Shown piece by piece: positions 36,746-44,935 of a stretch of 64,000 nucleotides of DNA. Positions within the stretch are counted from its first letter, which is position 1. Each line of letters begins with the position of its first letter. This DNA comes from a virus. The translations under genes and the position numbers were made by a program. Under the pieces are notes generated by a model that saw nothing but the letters and a program-made list of their open reading frames with translations, made no database searches and was not told the origin of the DNA. Location: positions 32,001 to 96,000 of the IMG/VR virus record IMGVR_UViG_3300032236_000971. The stretch is one strand, 5' to 3'.

Positions 36746-36825
36746 TAAGTTTGGGTTCGGACCTACGGGTCCGTTCCTTTCAAGCTGATTACGGTCGGCT
36801 TCAACGGAACGGTTTCTAGGAGATT

Positions 36826-37011
36826 ATGATGACTTCACTTGATGAACGTATGAACGAGGGTATTGATAGGCTGATTGCTCAGCTTGAAGCTATCAAAGCA
36901 CAAGAAGGTGGCTATAGCAAGAAAGTTATAGCTGTCGATAAAGTGGCTGAGGAAGCCAAGAACTACGCTGATTTTTGGGACTACAAGCTTACCGATTGGG
37001 CTAACGACTGA
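36826..37011 (+). CDS. Early hypothetical protein
   Basis: AGGAG RBS. Confidence 0.65.
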   Translation: MMTSLDERMNEGIDRLIAQLEAIKAQEGGYSKKVIAVDKVAEEAKNYADFWDYKLTDWAND

Positions 37012-37016
37012 GGAGA

Positions 37017-37187
37017 ATGTTGATGAATCCGGAAAAAGAAGCTTTGAAAGCGGTAGTGGAAATCTTGATTGGGCTTGGTAGCTTGATCGCTGGTATCACG
37101 TTGATCAGCTTAGGTACCAATCTGTATATCGGGTTGGGCGTGTTCTTCCTGATCATGTACTACAACTCAACTCGTGGAGAAAAATGA
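37017..37187 (+). CDS. Small 2-TM membrane protein (not in ORF track)
   Basis: GAGGAG RBS; hydrophobic 56 aa; ATGA overlap with next gene. Confidence 0.6.
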   Translation: MLMNPEKEALKAVVEILIGLGSLIAGITLISLGTNLYIGLGVFFLIMYYNSTRGEK

Positions 37188-37450
37188 TGGTTATCAACCC
37201 TATCGATATCGCTGGCGCAAGCCAAACTGGTCGCCTCTATGATATTAACGTTGATACGATCAATGAGGTGCTCGGCTTCGGACCTAACATTGATGATGAT
37301 CCAGCCAAGGTAGTCAACTCTTGGGGCTTTGAAATCGACGGCAAACGGTTCGGTATCTGGGACTATAAGGGTTCTCACCATCTCGGACAGTTTTCAACCT
37401 ACGGTGACAGTGATGTGTTGTCAAAACTTTTCCCCGCACACTATGTGTGA
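37184..37450 (+). CDS. Early hypothetical protein
   Basis: GGAG RBS; KV...W.F...IWDYK pattern. Confidence 0.65.
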   Translation: MMVINPIDIAGASQTGRLYDINVDTINEVLGFGPNIDDDPAKVVNSWGFEIDGKRFGIWDYKGSHHLGQFSTYGDSDVLSKLFPAHYV

Positions 37451-37484
37451 GCTGGTTGACTTTGTGACAACTCTGCGCTATAAT
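37450..37484 (+). promoter_or_regulatory. Early promoter sharing AGCTGGTTGACTT with the 34-bp repeat
   Basis: TTGACT-N17-TATAAT. Confidence 0.8.
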
Positions 37485-37514
37485 TAACTATAGATTGAAA
37501 GAAGGAAGCAAACA

Positions 37515-38474
37515 ATGGCACACAATATCGAGTTCGTTAACGGTAAAGCTCAAATGGCTTATGCAGGCGATACGCCTTGGCATGGGCTTGGTGTAAAGGT
37601 TCCCGCTGATTTGACCCCTACTCAAATGCTTGAGGCTGCTGGGCTTGATTGGACGGTTTCGAAGGCTCCTGCCTTTGCTATGGTTGCCGACGAGCCTGTA
37701 GCTATCGGTCAGTCGGCTCTTGTTCGCTCTATGGATAATGCTATCCTAGACGTTGTTTCTGATGACTGGAATCCTGTCCAAAACGAAGAGGCTTTTGACT
37801 TCTTCAACGAGTTTGTAGCGGCTGGTGATATGGAAATGCATACCGCTGGTTCACTTCAAGACGGTAAGATCGTCTGGGGCTTGGCGAAGATCAAGGAAAG
37901 CTTTGAGCTCTTTAAGGGTGATAAGATTGATTCCTACCTGCTGTTCTCCAACTTTCACAAGTACGGTCACTCAACTGATGTGCGCTTCACGCCCATCCGC
38001 GTAGTGTGTAACAATACGCTTACGCTCTCACTCAACTCTAAGGTTGAGCGTATGGCGAAGATCAGCCATCGTAAGGTGTTTGAGCCGACCGCTGTGAAGG
38101 AAATGCTCGGTATTGCTACCGACAAACTTGCTAAGTACAAGGATATGGCTTCGTTCCTTGGCTCTAAGAAGGCTAAGGAAGAGAACATCGTCGAGTACTT
38201 TACTCGCGTCTTCCCTGTTTCTGGTTCTAATGAAACCAAGAAGAAGGAAGTGTCGAAGAGCGCACAGCTCGCTATGGATATTCTTCACACTCAGCCTGGT
38301 GCTGAATTCGCTGAGGGTACTTGGTGGCAGCCATTCAACGCTGTTACCTTCTTGACCGATCACCTTGCTGGTCGTTCAGCTGACTCTCGCCTTACCTCTG
38401 CTTGGTACGGTTCTAACAAGGGTGTAAAGACCCGTGCGCTTGAACTCGCAATCGAAATGGCGGAGGCTGCGTGA
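37515..38474 (+). CDS. DUF932 (TIGR03299-like) protein
   Basis: PWHGLG, AGLDW.V, TAGSL..G and TPIRVVCNNTL motifs. Confidence 0.9.
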   Translation: MAHNIEFVNGKAQMAYAGDTPWHGLGVKVPADLTPTQMLEAAGLDWTVSKAPAFAMVADEPVAIGQSALVRSMDNAILDVVSDDWNPVQNEEAFDFFNEFVAAGDMEMHTAGSLQDGKIVWGLAKIKESFELFKGDKIDSYLLFSNFHKYGHSTDVRFTPIRVVCNNTLTLSLNSKVERMAKISHRKVFEPTAVKEMLGIATDKLAKYKDMASFLGSKKAKEENIVEYFTRVFPVSGSNETKKKEVSKSAQLAMDILHTQPGAEFAEGTWWQPFNAVTFLTDHLAGRSADSRLTSAWYGSNKGVKTRALELAIEMAEAA

Positions 38475-39016
38475 TGTCGAAGAACGAAGTTGAATCGTTG
38501 ATCAAGTCCCGGATTGATTGGATGCGTTTAGATACGATCTTTCCGGGGCGTATGGATGACATTATCGAAGAACACGGAACGATTGGCGTATATCAAGTCG
38601 TCAAAACAGAAAACAAAACTGACGACTTGATATCAAAAGATATCGGTTATATCGGTAAAAGTCGTTCTATCTTCGGTCGTGTTTGGTGTTTGAGAGCTAA
38701 CAAGCACAATGCTTGTAATTATATCAAGCACAACAATATTGCTTACTCTGATATTTGGGTTCGGTTTCTATTTACCGATCTCGAAAATCGAAGCAAGCTT
38801 GAAAGAATCCTTCATAGCCAAATGAAGGAAAAGTATGGTTACACATTTCAATGGCGCGAAGCTTCGGCTGGCACTGATGGCTCTATGTTACGCCTCTACG
38901 AAATGATAGATAAGCTATCAACAAGAGAAGACGCCGAGAACATTTACATCTATGCGAGAGAGCGTTGTGTTCAGCTCTATCTAGAGACTCTTGGTAACGA
39001 AACAGAAAAGGACTAA
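38471..39016 (+). CDS. Putative GIY-YIG-like protein
   Basis: GVYQ...GYIGKS...R and later LE. Confidence 0.5.
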   Translation: MMSKNEVESLIKSRIDWMRLDTIFPGRMDDIIEEHGTIGVYQVVKTENKTDDLISKDIGYIGKSRSIFGRVWCLRANKHNACNYIKHNNIAYSDIWVRFLFTDLENRSKLERILHSQMKEKYGYTFQWREASAGTDGSMLRLYEMIDKLSTREDAENIYIYARERCVQLYLETLGNETEKD

Positions 39017-39019
39017 TGT

Positions 39020-40150
39020 ATGGCTCGTCGTGCAGCACTTATAGCTAAGAAGCAGAAGACGGTTCGCATCTCACGTAGCGAATCCTATCTGGTCAACCGT
39101 AAGTATATGGGCGACGAGCCAGAGTTCCTTGGAGCAATGACTGACGGCGAATATGGGGTGGCGCTCAACTGGTACAACACAATGTGTGATACAACGGATG
39201 CCCGTCAGTACATCACTGATTACCTAGTCAAACGCAACCGTAAAGCAGAGGCCAAGCTGTTAGCGAAGCTAGACAATTGCTGGGTTCCAACAACTGTAGC
39301 TTGGCGTTGTCGTATGCTAGACCGTGGCTATGAAGTACCGCCAGAGGGAGGCTTTCTAGAGGCTAAACTTGCCGAGGCGCTAGGGCGAGTCACCCGAGCC
39401 GACGAGCAGCCGTTAGAGGGAGCCCTCTCGCCCTCTAAACGGTCAATCCAAGACCGTATGAGGGAGCGCCAGAGCGATATCATCGGCGACATCGAAGAGC
39501 TACTAGACCAAAACAATAACGAGCTAGAGCTTTACGATTGGTTGAAGGCGAACGCTATACCCGCTACCTACTGTCAAGCTATAGTTGATTATTACGCTCC
39601 TTGCCTAGACGAGCTGATTCAGGCGTACGAAGGGTCAGACCCGCAACTCAAGGAAGCCTATAAGCATATGAGCCGTAAAGAGCTCAAAGAGCGAGTTGTA
39701 TTCTTTAACAAGCTGATTGATGACGTACAACGTTACGGCAACGTCACGAAGAAGGTTCGTAAACCGAGCAAGCCACGAACAGTCTCAGTTGAGAAGAAGC
39801 TTAAGAATTTTAAGTACCAGAAAGAGAACAACGAGTTCAAGATCGCCTCTATCAATCCTGAAAAGATTATCGGGGCACAAGAGCTTTGGACGTTCAATAC
39901 AAAGTACAAGATCCTAACGGTGTTTCGTGCTATTGATCGTGGTGGGCTTCAAGTTAAGGGTACGAGTATCATAGGTTATGATGAGGCTAGTAGCTTGAGT
40001 AAGGGAGTTGGACGTAAGCCAGAGTTAGTGCTTGACAAATTACAGAAATCAGGTAAAATAATATTAAAGAAGTTGATGGATGAATTGAAGACGGATAAGC
40101 CTCTTCAAGTTCGTATAAACGAGAACACCGTACTGATGAAGGTGACATGA
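39020..40150 (+). CDS. Conserved hypothetical protein of T4-like phages
   Basis: ALNWYN, QLKEAY, SINP.KIIGA.ELW.FNTK and RINE motifs. Confidence 0.75.
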   Translation: MARRAALIAKKQKTVRISRSESYLVNRKYMGDEPEFLGAMTDGEYGVALNWYNTMCDTTDARQYITDYLVKRNRKAEAKLLAKLDNCWVPTTVAWRCRMLDRGYEVPPEGGFLEAKLAEALGRVTRADEQPLEGALSPSKRSIQDRMRERQSDIIGDIEELLDQNNNELELYDWLKANAIPATYCQAIVDYYAPCLDELIQAYEGSDPQLKEAYKHMSRKELKERVVFFNKLIDDVQRYGNVTKKVRKPSKPRTVSVEKKLKNFKYQKENNEFKIASINPEKIIGAQELWTFNTKYKILTVFRAIDRGGLQVKGTSIIGYDEASSLSKGVGRKPELVLDKLQKSGKIILKKLMDELKTDKPLQVRINENTVLMKVT

Positions 40151-40299
40151 TGGAAATGGATGATAAAGATCAGCTGATCGAGTTTCTTGAAGACAAGATC
40201 GAGGATATGGCAATCACGATCTTTGATCTTAGGTTAGAGGTCAAGATCCTTACAGACGTTGTTCGTGATTTGGAAAATGAACTGAGGGCTAAAGAATGA
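40147..40299 (+). CDS. Small coiled-coil protein (not in ORF track)
   Basis: ATGA overlaps at both ends. Confidence 0.55.
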   Translation: MMEMDDKDQLIEFLEDKIEDMAITIFDLRLEVKILTDVVRDLENELRAKE

Positions 40300-40739
40300 T
40301 TGATTGTTGGATCTTTGATATGGATGGCACGCTATGTAATAGCGATCACAGGATGCATTACCTCGCCAACGGTAAACGAGACTGGGCTGGATGGTTCAAA
40401 GATATTCATCTTGATCCACCTCATCTAGATGTAGTGCAGTTTTATCATTATGCTGTAGAGAAAAACATTCCTGTGTTTATTTGTACTGGGCGTGATGATA
40501 GTTCTAGACCAGCTTCTCAAAAGTGGCTTGATGATCACGGGGTCACTGAAATCGAAGCATTGTATATGCGTCACACAGGTGATACACGTGATGATTCTAT
40601 TGCGAAGAAAGAAATGCTTGAACAAATCCGTGCACTAGGGTATAATCCAGTGTTGGCTTTTGATGATCGTGATCGAGTAGTAAAAATGTGGCGTGAGAAT
40701 GGTGTGCGTTGCTTTCAGGTAGCTCCAGGAGATTTCTGA
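40296..40739 (+). CDS. HAD-family phosphatase (PseT 3'-phosphatase-like domain)
   Basis: DMDGT, TGR, MR...D.R.D...K and DDR motifs; no kinase domain. Confidence 0.88.
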   Translation: MIDCWIFDMDGTLCNSDHRMHYLANGKRDWAGWFKDIHLDPPHLDVVQFYHYAVEKNIPVFICTGRDDSSRPASQKWLDDHGVTEIEALYMRHTGDTRDDSIAKKEMLEQIRALGYNPVLAFDDRDRVVKMWRENGVRCFQVAPGDF

Positions 40740-40969
40740 TGACACCAAGTATAGAAGAACGTCAAGCCTATGTAGAAGGCTATTCGGCTGTTAATCATTA
40801 CAACCTTAAATCTAATAAGTTCCTTCCTAATCCATATGCTATGTTCACTGAGCCATTACTTTGGGAAGCTTGGGAAGTTGGTTTTAATGATGCTTTCGAC
40901 GACGAAATACAGGTACTCTCTATCATAGAGGAATTGACTAATGGCCAAGAAAACAGTAATGATGATTGA
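40739..40969 (+). CDS. Hypothetical protein
   Basis: AY.EGY...NPY...W..GF pattern (RMF-like motif). Confidence 0.55.
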   Translation: MTPSIEERQAYVEGYSAVNHYNLKSNKFLPNPYAMFTEPLLWEAWEVGFNDAFDDEIQVLSIIEELTNGQENSNDD

Positions 40970-41141
40970 TCCACCTTCGGGTTGGAAGTATGGATTCCCT
41001 ATGCCGATTGACCTCAAAGAGTCACAGGGTCGTGTACTTGAGTGGTTGGTTGAACATGGGTATCCTCAAAAAGAAATTGATGCTTGCGGCGGGTATTTCT
41101 ATTGCCGCTACTATGAACAGGAGATTGAAGATGCAGATTGA
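40941..41141 (+). CDS. Hypothetical protein
   Basis: IDPPSGWKYGFP...WLVE.GYP motif; GAGG RBS. Confidence 0.7.
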   Translation: MAKKTVMMIDPPSGWKYGFPMPIDLKESQGRVLEWLVEHGYPQKEIDACGGYFYCRYYEQEIEDAD

Positions 41142-41367
41142 AATTGATGACACACTTCTTGATAAGCTTATTGTTGATACGCTGAAGCGAGATTATATCT
41201 CACAACAGAACGATATCAATCGTTTATTAAGTAAAGGCGAACTCCGCGATTTTGAACGTGAAGATCTTTGGATGCATAAGGAAACTGCTGAAGGTCTTGC
41301 GACCGTTCTTAGGTACTACATGTATCGTCCTGATGCTGATGCTTTCATTGCGGAGCATACTGTATGA
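41131..41367 (+). CDS. Hypothetical protein
   Basis: AGGAG RBS. Confidence 0.6.
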   Translation: MQIEIDDTLLDKLIVDTLKRDYISQQNDINRLLSKGELRDFEREDLWMHKETAEGLATVLRYYMYRPDADAFIAEHTV

Positions 41368-41783
41368 ACCGTAGAGCATTCTTTGGTTTGCTACCTGCAG
41401 CTCCTATCGGTATGGTGATGGCTGCTGAGGCTATGGCAAAAGCACCGCCAGCGTCAATGGCTCCTGATAAGGCGTTGATGACTATGGCTGCTCATAAGCC
41501 TCCGCCACCTCCTCCCCCACCACCGAAGTATCCGCAGTGGGGATCATTTACTGTATATGATAAGGGTGATCAAGAGTGGTATAAAGATATTGTATCAAAG
41601 CATCGATCAACCAACTTTGTTACGACTACTCAACCATCTAATATCATCCTTGGTGAGGGATTCAAGGTTGAATCAGCGCCCGGCCAATTTGATAGTGAAA
41701 TAAAAGTTGATATGTCTGTCGGTAAAGACGGTCATCTTTGGCTGAAGATTAATGATGAGTGGAAGCGGATTGTCACCGAATAA
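41364..41783 (+). CDS. Pro-rich protein with twin-arginine (Tat) signal
   Basis: MNRRAFFGLL...AEAMA followed by a poly-Pro tract. Confidence 0.65.
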   Translation: MNRRAFFGLLPAAPIGMVMAAEAMAKAPPASMAPDKALMTMAAHKPPPPPPPPPKYPQWGSFTVYDKGDQEWYKDIVSKHRSTNFVTTTQPSNIILGEGFKVESAPGQFDSEIKVDMSVGKDGHLWLKINDEWKRIVTE

Positions 41784-41785
41784 AC

Positions 41786-41814
41786 TTGACTTTCAGTAGA
41801 TGTTCCGCTATACT
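41786..41814 (+). promoter_or_regulatory. Promoter for tmRNA
   Basis: TTGACT-N17-TATACT with overlapping ACTAAATA. Confidence 0.75.
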
Positions 41815-41820
41815 AAATAT

Positions 41821-42090
41821 ATTGCTTGGTTGTTGAGGCGTTAGGAATAAACGATCCAGACTGGGGGGCAGTACCCCACGCCTCCACCATAAGCAGATTG
41901 TGTCACACTTTATTGAGGTTGACGACCTCAAGTCTGCTTTTGATGGGGGCGAAATAGGCTCGATGGGTTGTAGTAAAGTTACGATTAGACTAAGTAAACT
42001 CGTAAATGCAAACGATAACAATGCATCTCGTTTGGCTCTAGCAGCCTAACATGAGTCCGGTGGGAACTTGGAAACAGAATCCCACCACCT
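41821..42090 (+). ncRNA. ssrA: Permuted two-piece tmRNA (alphaproteobacterial type)
   Basis: Acceptor piece ends GGGGGGCAGTACCCCACGCCTCCACCA (41889); coding piece starts GGGGGCGAAATAGGCTCGA (41945); G3.U pair; tag ANDNNASRLALAA* at 42008-42049. Confidence 0.93.
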
Positions 42091-42096
42091 TTCCAT

Positions 42097-42173
42097 GGTT
42101 CCTTAGCTCAGCTGGATAGAGCATCAGACTTCTAATCTGAGGGTCGTTGGTTCGAGTCCAACAGGAATCGCCA
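42097..42173 (+). tRNA. tRNA-Arg(TCT)
   Basis: GGTTCCT/AGGAATC acceptor; TCAGA-CTTCTAA-TCTGA anticodon arm; encoded CCA. Confidence 0.95.
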
Positions 42174-42188
42174 TTCTCTGGAGACAAT

Positions 42189-42389
42189 ATGAAGAAGATT
42201 AAAGATGTTCCTGTGGGCGTTTTAATACTTGTCCTTTCCCAATTTGTCTTCTATGGTGTAATATATCTGACCAAGTTTCCTCCTTTCTGGGAACTAGCTG
42301 GTATTGTATTTTGTACGCTTATAGCAAGCGATATGGTTCATTTTGGTATTAGATTAATCAAAGGTTATGAATATGATCCCGACGAATAA
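42189..42389 (+). CDS. Small membrane protein
   Basis: GGAG RBS; two hydrophobic segments. Confidence 0.6.
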   Translation: MKKIKDVPVGVLILVLSQFVFYGVIYLTKFPPFWELAGIVFCTLIASDMVHFGIRLIKGYEYDPDE

Positions 42390-42591
42390 TGCGATTGAAG
42401 CCATTGAGAACCTTCGTTTCACAAAGAACATTGACTACATTGATGCAGTTGTTTTATGGTGCGAGACAAATAAAATTGAAATTGAATTTATTGCTGCTCT
42501 AATTAAAAAAGATCCAGTAATGAAGTCAAAGCTTCAGGTTGAGGCTGAGAATTTAAATATCCTCAAGAGAGGAGCTCGGCTTCCCATATAA
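42367..42591 (+). CDS. gp33: Late transcription coactivator
   Basis: YIDAV...CE...IE....K.K...EAE.LN..K...LP motif; near gp59 and gp32. Confidence 0.85.
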   Translation: MNMIPTNNAIEAIENLRFTKNIDYIDAVVLWCETNKIEIEFIAALIKKDPVMKSKLQVEAENLNILKRGARLPI

Positions 42592-42594
42592 ATA
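42587..42594 (+). promoter_or_regulatory. Late promoter TATAAATA
   Basis: Exact consensus, within an RBS-occluding hairpin. Confidence 0.75.
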
Positions 42595-42619
42595 TTATTG
42601 GACAAGATGGGAGAACTGT

Positions 42620-43072
42620 ATGCTATTAAAGACAGCAGGTAAACCCAAGAAGGTACCAATAAAATTATGTAAAGAAGCTGTTAAGTGGTACGGTAGATAC
42701 CTTCTCGGAGACAGGCTTTATCACAAAGTCGAAGTATTAATTGAGTTCGACGACTCAGATTTAAACACAAACGTATATGGCTTTTGCGATTGGAATGATA
42801 CCAATGATCGCGCCAGAGATTTCACCATAACAGTTGATCCTAACTTAGGCAAGCGTAACATGTTACTTGTGCTTGCTCATGAAATGGTTCACATCAAACA
42901 GTACGCAAAAGGTGAACTAAAAGATTATGTGCGTGTAAACAAAGTCAAATGGAAAGGCAAAGTTTACAATGATAGCAAAATTGATTACTGGGAACAGCCA
43001 TGGGAAATTGAAGCGCATGGTCGAGAAAAAGGTTTGTACTACAAGTTCACTGATTATATGAGGAGGTTGTGA
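42620..43072 (+). CDS. SprT-like zinc metalloprotease
   Basis: LAHEMVHIKQY and Y...PWEIEA motifs. Confidence 0.82.
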   Translation: MLLKTAGKPKKVPIKLCKEAVKWYGRYLLGDRLYHKVEVLIEFDDSDLNTNVYGFCDWNDTNDRARDFTITVDPNLGKRNMLLVLAHEMVHIKQYAKGELKDYVRVNKVKWKGKVYNDSKIDYWEQPWEIEAHGREKGLYYKFTDYMRRL

Positions 43073-43338
43073 TGGGTTATAGTACAAGAAGAACTGCTTG
43101 CGTTGAGGTTGATGTTGATTTTGACCTCGATGATTTCGCCGAAGATGATTTGATTGACTATCTCGAAGATAAAGGCTATACCGTCGTCGAAGGTAAAGTC
43201 GATAACAAAGATATGAAAGAAGTTGACGCTATGATTTGGGAGCTTTACCAAACATGGAAACTTCCTTGCAATGAAATGGATTTTTGGAGAGCAATGCATA
43301 AATTTTTCTCCGATTACTACAACAAAGTTAGTGCATGA
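43069..43338 (+). CDS. Acidic hypothetical protein
   Basis: GAGGAGG RBS; VEVDVDFDLDDF. Confidence 0.65.
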   Translation: MMGYSTRRTACVEVDVDFDLDDFAEDDLIDYLEDKGYTVVEGKVDNKDMKEVDAMIWELYQTWKLPCNEMDFWRAMHKFFSDYYNKVSA

Positions 43339-43916
43339 TGTCTGCTTTTGAATGCTACAAAGAGTATATTGCTCTTAAGAATCATTTCACCAAACCTTCA
43401 TATAATTATTTCAAATACAATGGCAAGAGCAAGCTGAACATCAGTTCGTTTGATGCTAGAAAAGATAAGCTATACTTTATGAAGGTGGCCAAACACCCCG
43501 ATCCACGAAACTATATTTTATCAAATTTGGTTAAAAACCCCAAAATTTGGATAAAGGAAATTGCATATTCCCAGAGCTCTGAAGGGGTTTATAGGGATTG
43601 GGCTAAACGTCAGCAGTCGTTGATGTACCTGTTTAAAGAAGAATTGTCCAAGTTGAATGCGGATTTTGATTCCAATTTCAAAGTGCTGGACCAAACGCAT
43701 CCATACGTTATAAAGCTTTTCATCCGCGAGGAGATTAGTCTTGAAACGTTGGTACTCCTCGTTGACCTTGTTAAATGTTCTGCTTACTGGGCAAAGAGGT
43801 TTGAATATGATCCTACAGTCGAAGATGTCTTGAACAAGATTATGAAGTACCGACCATTTATACAATATGACCGTGAGAAGGTAAAAAATATTGTACTTGA
43901 CAAATTCGGCTCGTAG
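43335..43916 (+). CDS. gp59: Helicase loader
   Basis: Y.ALKNHF...Y.YFKY.GK, F..RKD..F and ISLET motifs; directly before gp32. Confidence 0.88.
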   Translation: MMSAFECYKEYIALKNHFTKPSYNYFKYNGKSKLNISSFDARKDKLYFMKVAKHPDPRNYILSNLVKNPKIWIKEIAYSQSSEGVYRDWAKRQQSLMYLFKEELSKLNADFDSNFKVLDQTHPYVIKLFIREEISLETLVLLVDLVKCSAYWAKRFEYDPTVEDVLNKIMKYRPFIQYDREKVKNIVLDKFGS

Positions 43917-43925
43917 GGTTATACT
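43897..43925 (+). promoter_or_regulatory. Promoter for gp32
   Basis: TTGACA-N17-TATACT with overlapping ACTAAATA. Confidence 0.75.
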
Positions 43926-44002
43926 AAATAATGTTGGAGCGTTTCTTTGATTCGCTCTTCATACAAACAATACTATTAATACTAACAATACGGAGAATAC
44001 AT

Positions 44003-44905
44003 ATGGTAGATTTTGCTAAACTTAAGGCTAATTCAGGTAAGAAGTCACTTGAAGCCCTCACCGCTGAACTCACAAAGATCTCAGGCGGACAATTCGATAA
44101 CTCCAAAGATGACAGGCAGTGGTATCCAAACGTCGACAAGGCGGGTAATGGTTACGCTGTTATTCGTTTTCTCCCTGCTCCTGGTGATGAAGACATGCCG
44201 TTCATTCGCATGTTCAATCATGGGTTCAAAGGTCCGACTGGTTCTTGGTTGATTGAGAATTGCCCTACTTCAAAGGGTCAGTCGCATAAGTGCCCTGTCT
44301 GTGAAGCTAACTCTGAACTTTGGAACAGTGGTCTTGAATCAGATAAGACAATCGCACGTGAACGTAAGCGCAAGCTAACTTTCATTTCAAACGTGTATGT
44401 GATTACTGATCAGCAGAATCCAGAAAACGAAGGTAAGGTGTTCTTGTTCAAGTATGGCAAGAAGATCTTTGATAAGCTTAACGAGGCTATGAATCCTCAG
44501 TTTGCTGATGAAGACGCTATGAACCCATTTGATCTTTGGGCTGGTGCTAACTTCAAGCTTAAGATTCGTAATGTCGAAGGCTATCGCAACTATGATAAGT
44601 CAGAGTTTGCTAAGTCTGGTCCTATGCTTGATGATGATTCTGAAATGGAATCAATCTGGAAGCAGGCTCATTCTCTTCAGGAGTTCCTTGCTCCTTCTAA
44701 CTTCAAGTCATATGATGAACTGAAGGGTAAGATGGTTAAGGTTCTTGCTTCTGGTTCGGCTGCAGCTGCTCGTGCTACAGCAGCTGTTGAGGAAGATGAA
44801 GCCCCATGGGAAGCTCCTGCGCCAAAACTTAAGGCAGCAGCTGCTCCTAAGTTTGATGAAGACGATGACGATATGGACAGCTTCTTCGATAAGCTTAAGG
44901 CATAA
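44003..44905 (+). CDS. gp32: Single-stranded DNA-binding protein
   Basis: DKAGNGYAVIRFLP, CPVCE, KYGKKIF and GANFKLK motifs; acidic tail. Confidence 0.97.
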   Translation: MVDFAKLKANSGKKSLEALTAELTKISGGQFDNSKDDRQWYPNVDKAGNGYAVIRFLPAPGDEDMPFIRMFNHGFKGPTGSWLIENCPTSKGQSHKCPVCEANSELWNSGLESDKTIARERKRKLTFISNVYVITDQQNPENEGKVFLFKYGKKIFDKLNEAMNPQFADEDAMNPFDLWAGANFKLKIRNVEGYRNYDKSEFAKSGPMLDDDSEMESIWKQAHSLQEFLAPSNFKSYDELKGKMVKVLASGSAAAARATAAVEEDEAPWEAPAPKLKAAAAPKFDEDDDDMDSFFDKLKA

Positions 44906-44907
44906 GA

Positions 44908-44935
44908 TTAAGGGGGCGAAAGCCCCCTTTTTTAT
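44908..44935. terminator. Terminator between convergent genes
   Basis: AAGGGGGC-GAAA-GCCCCCTT plus T-tract. Confidence 0.88.
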
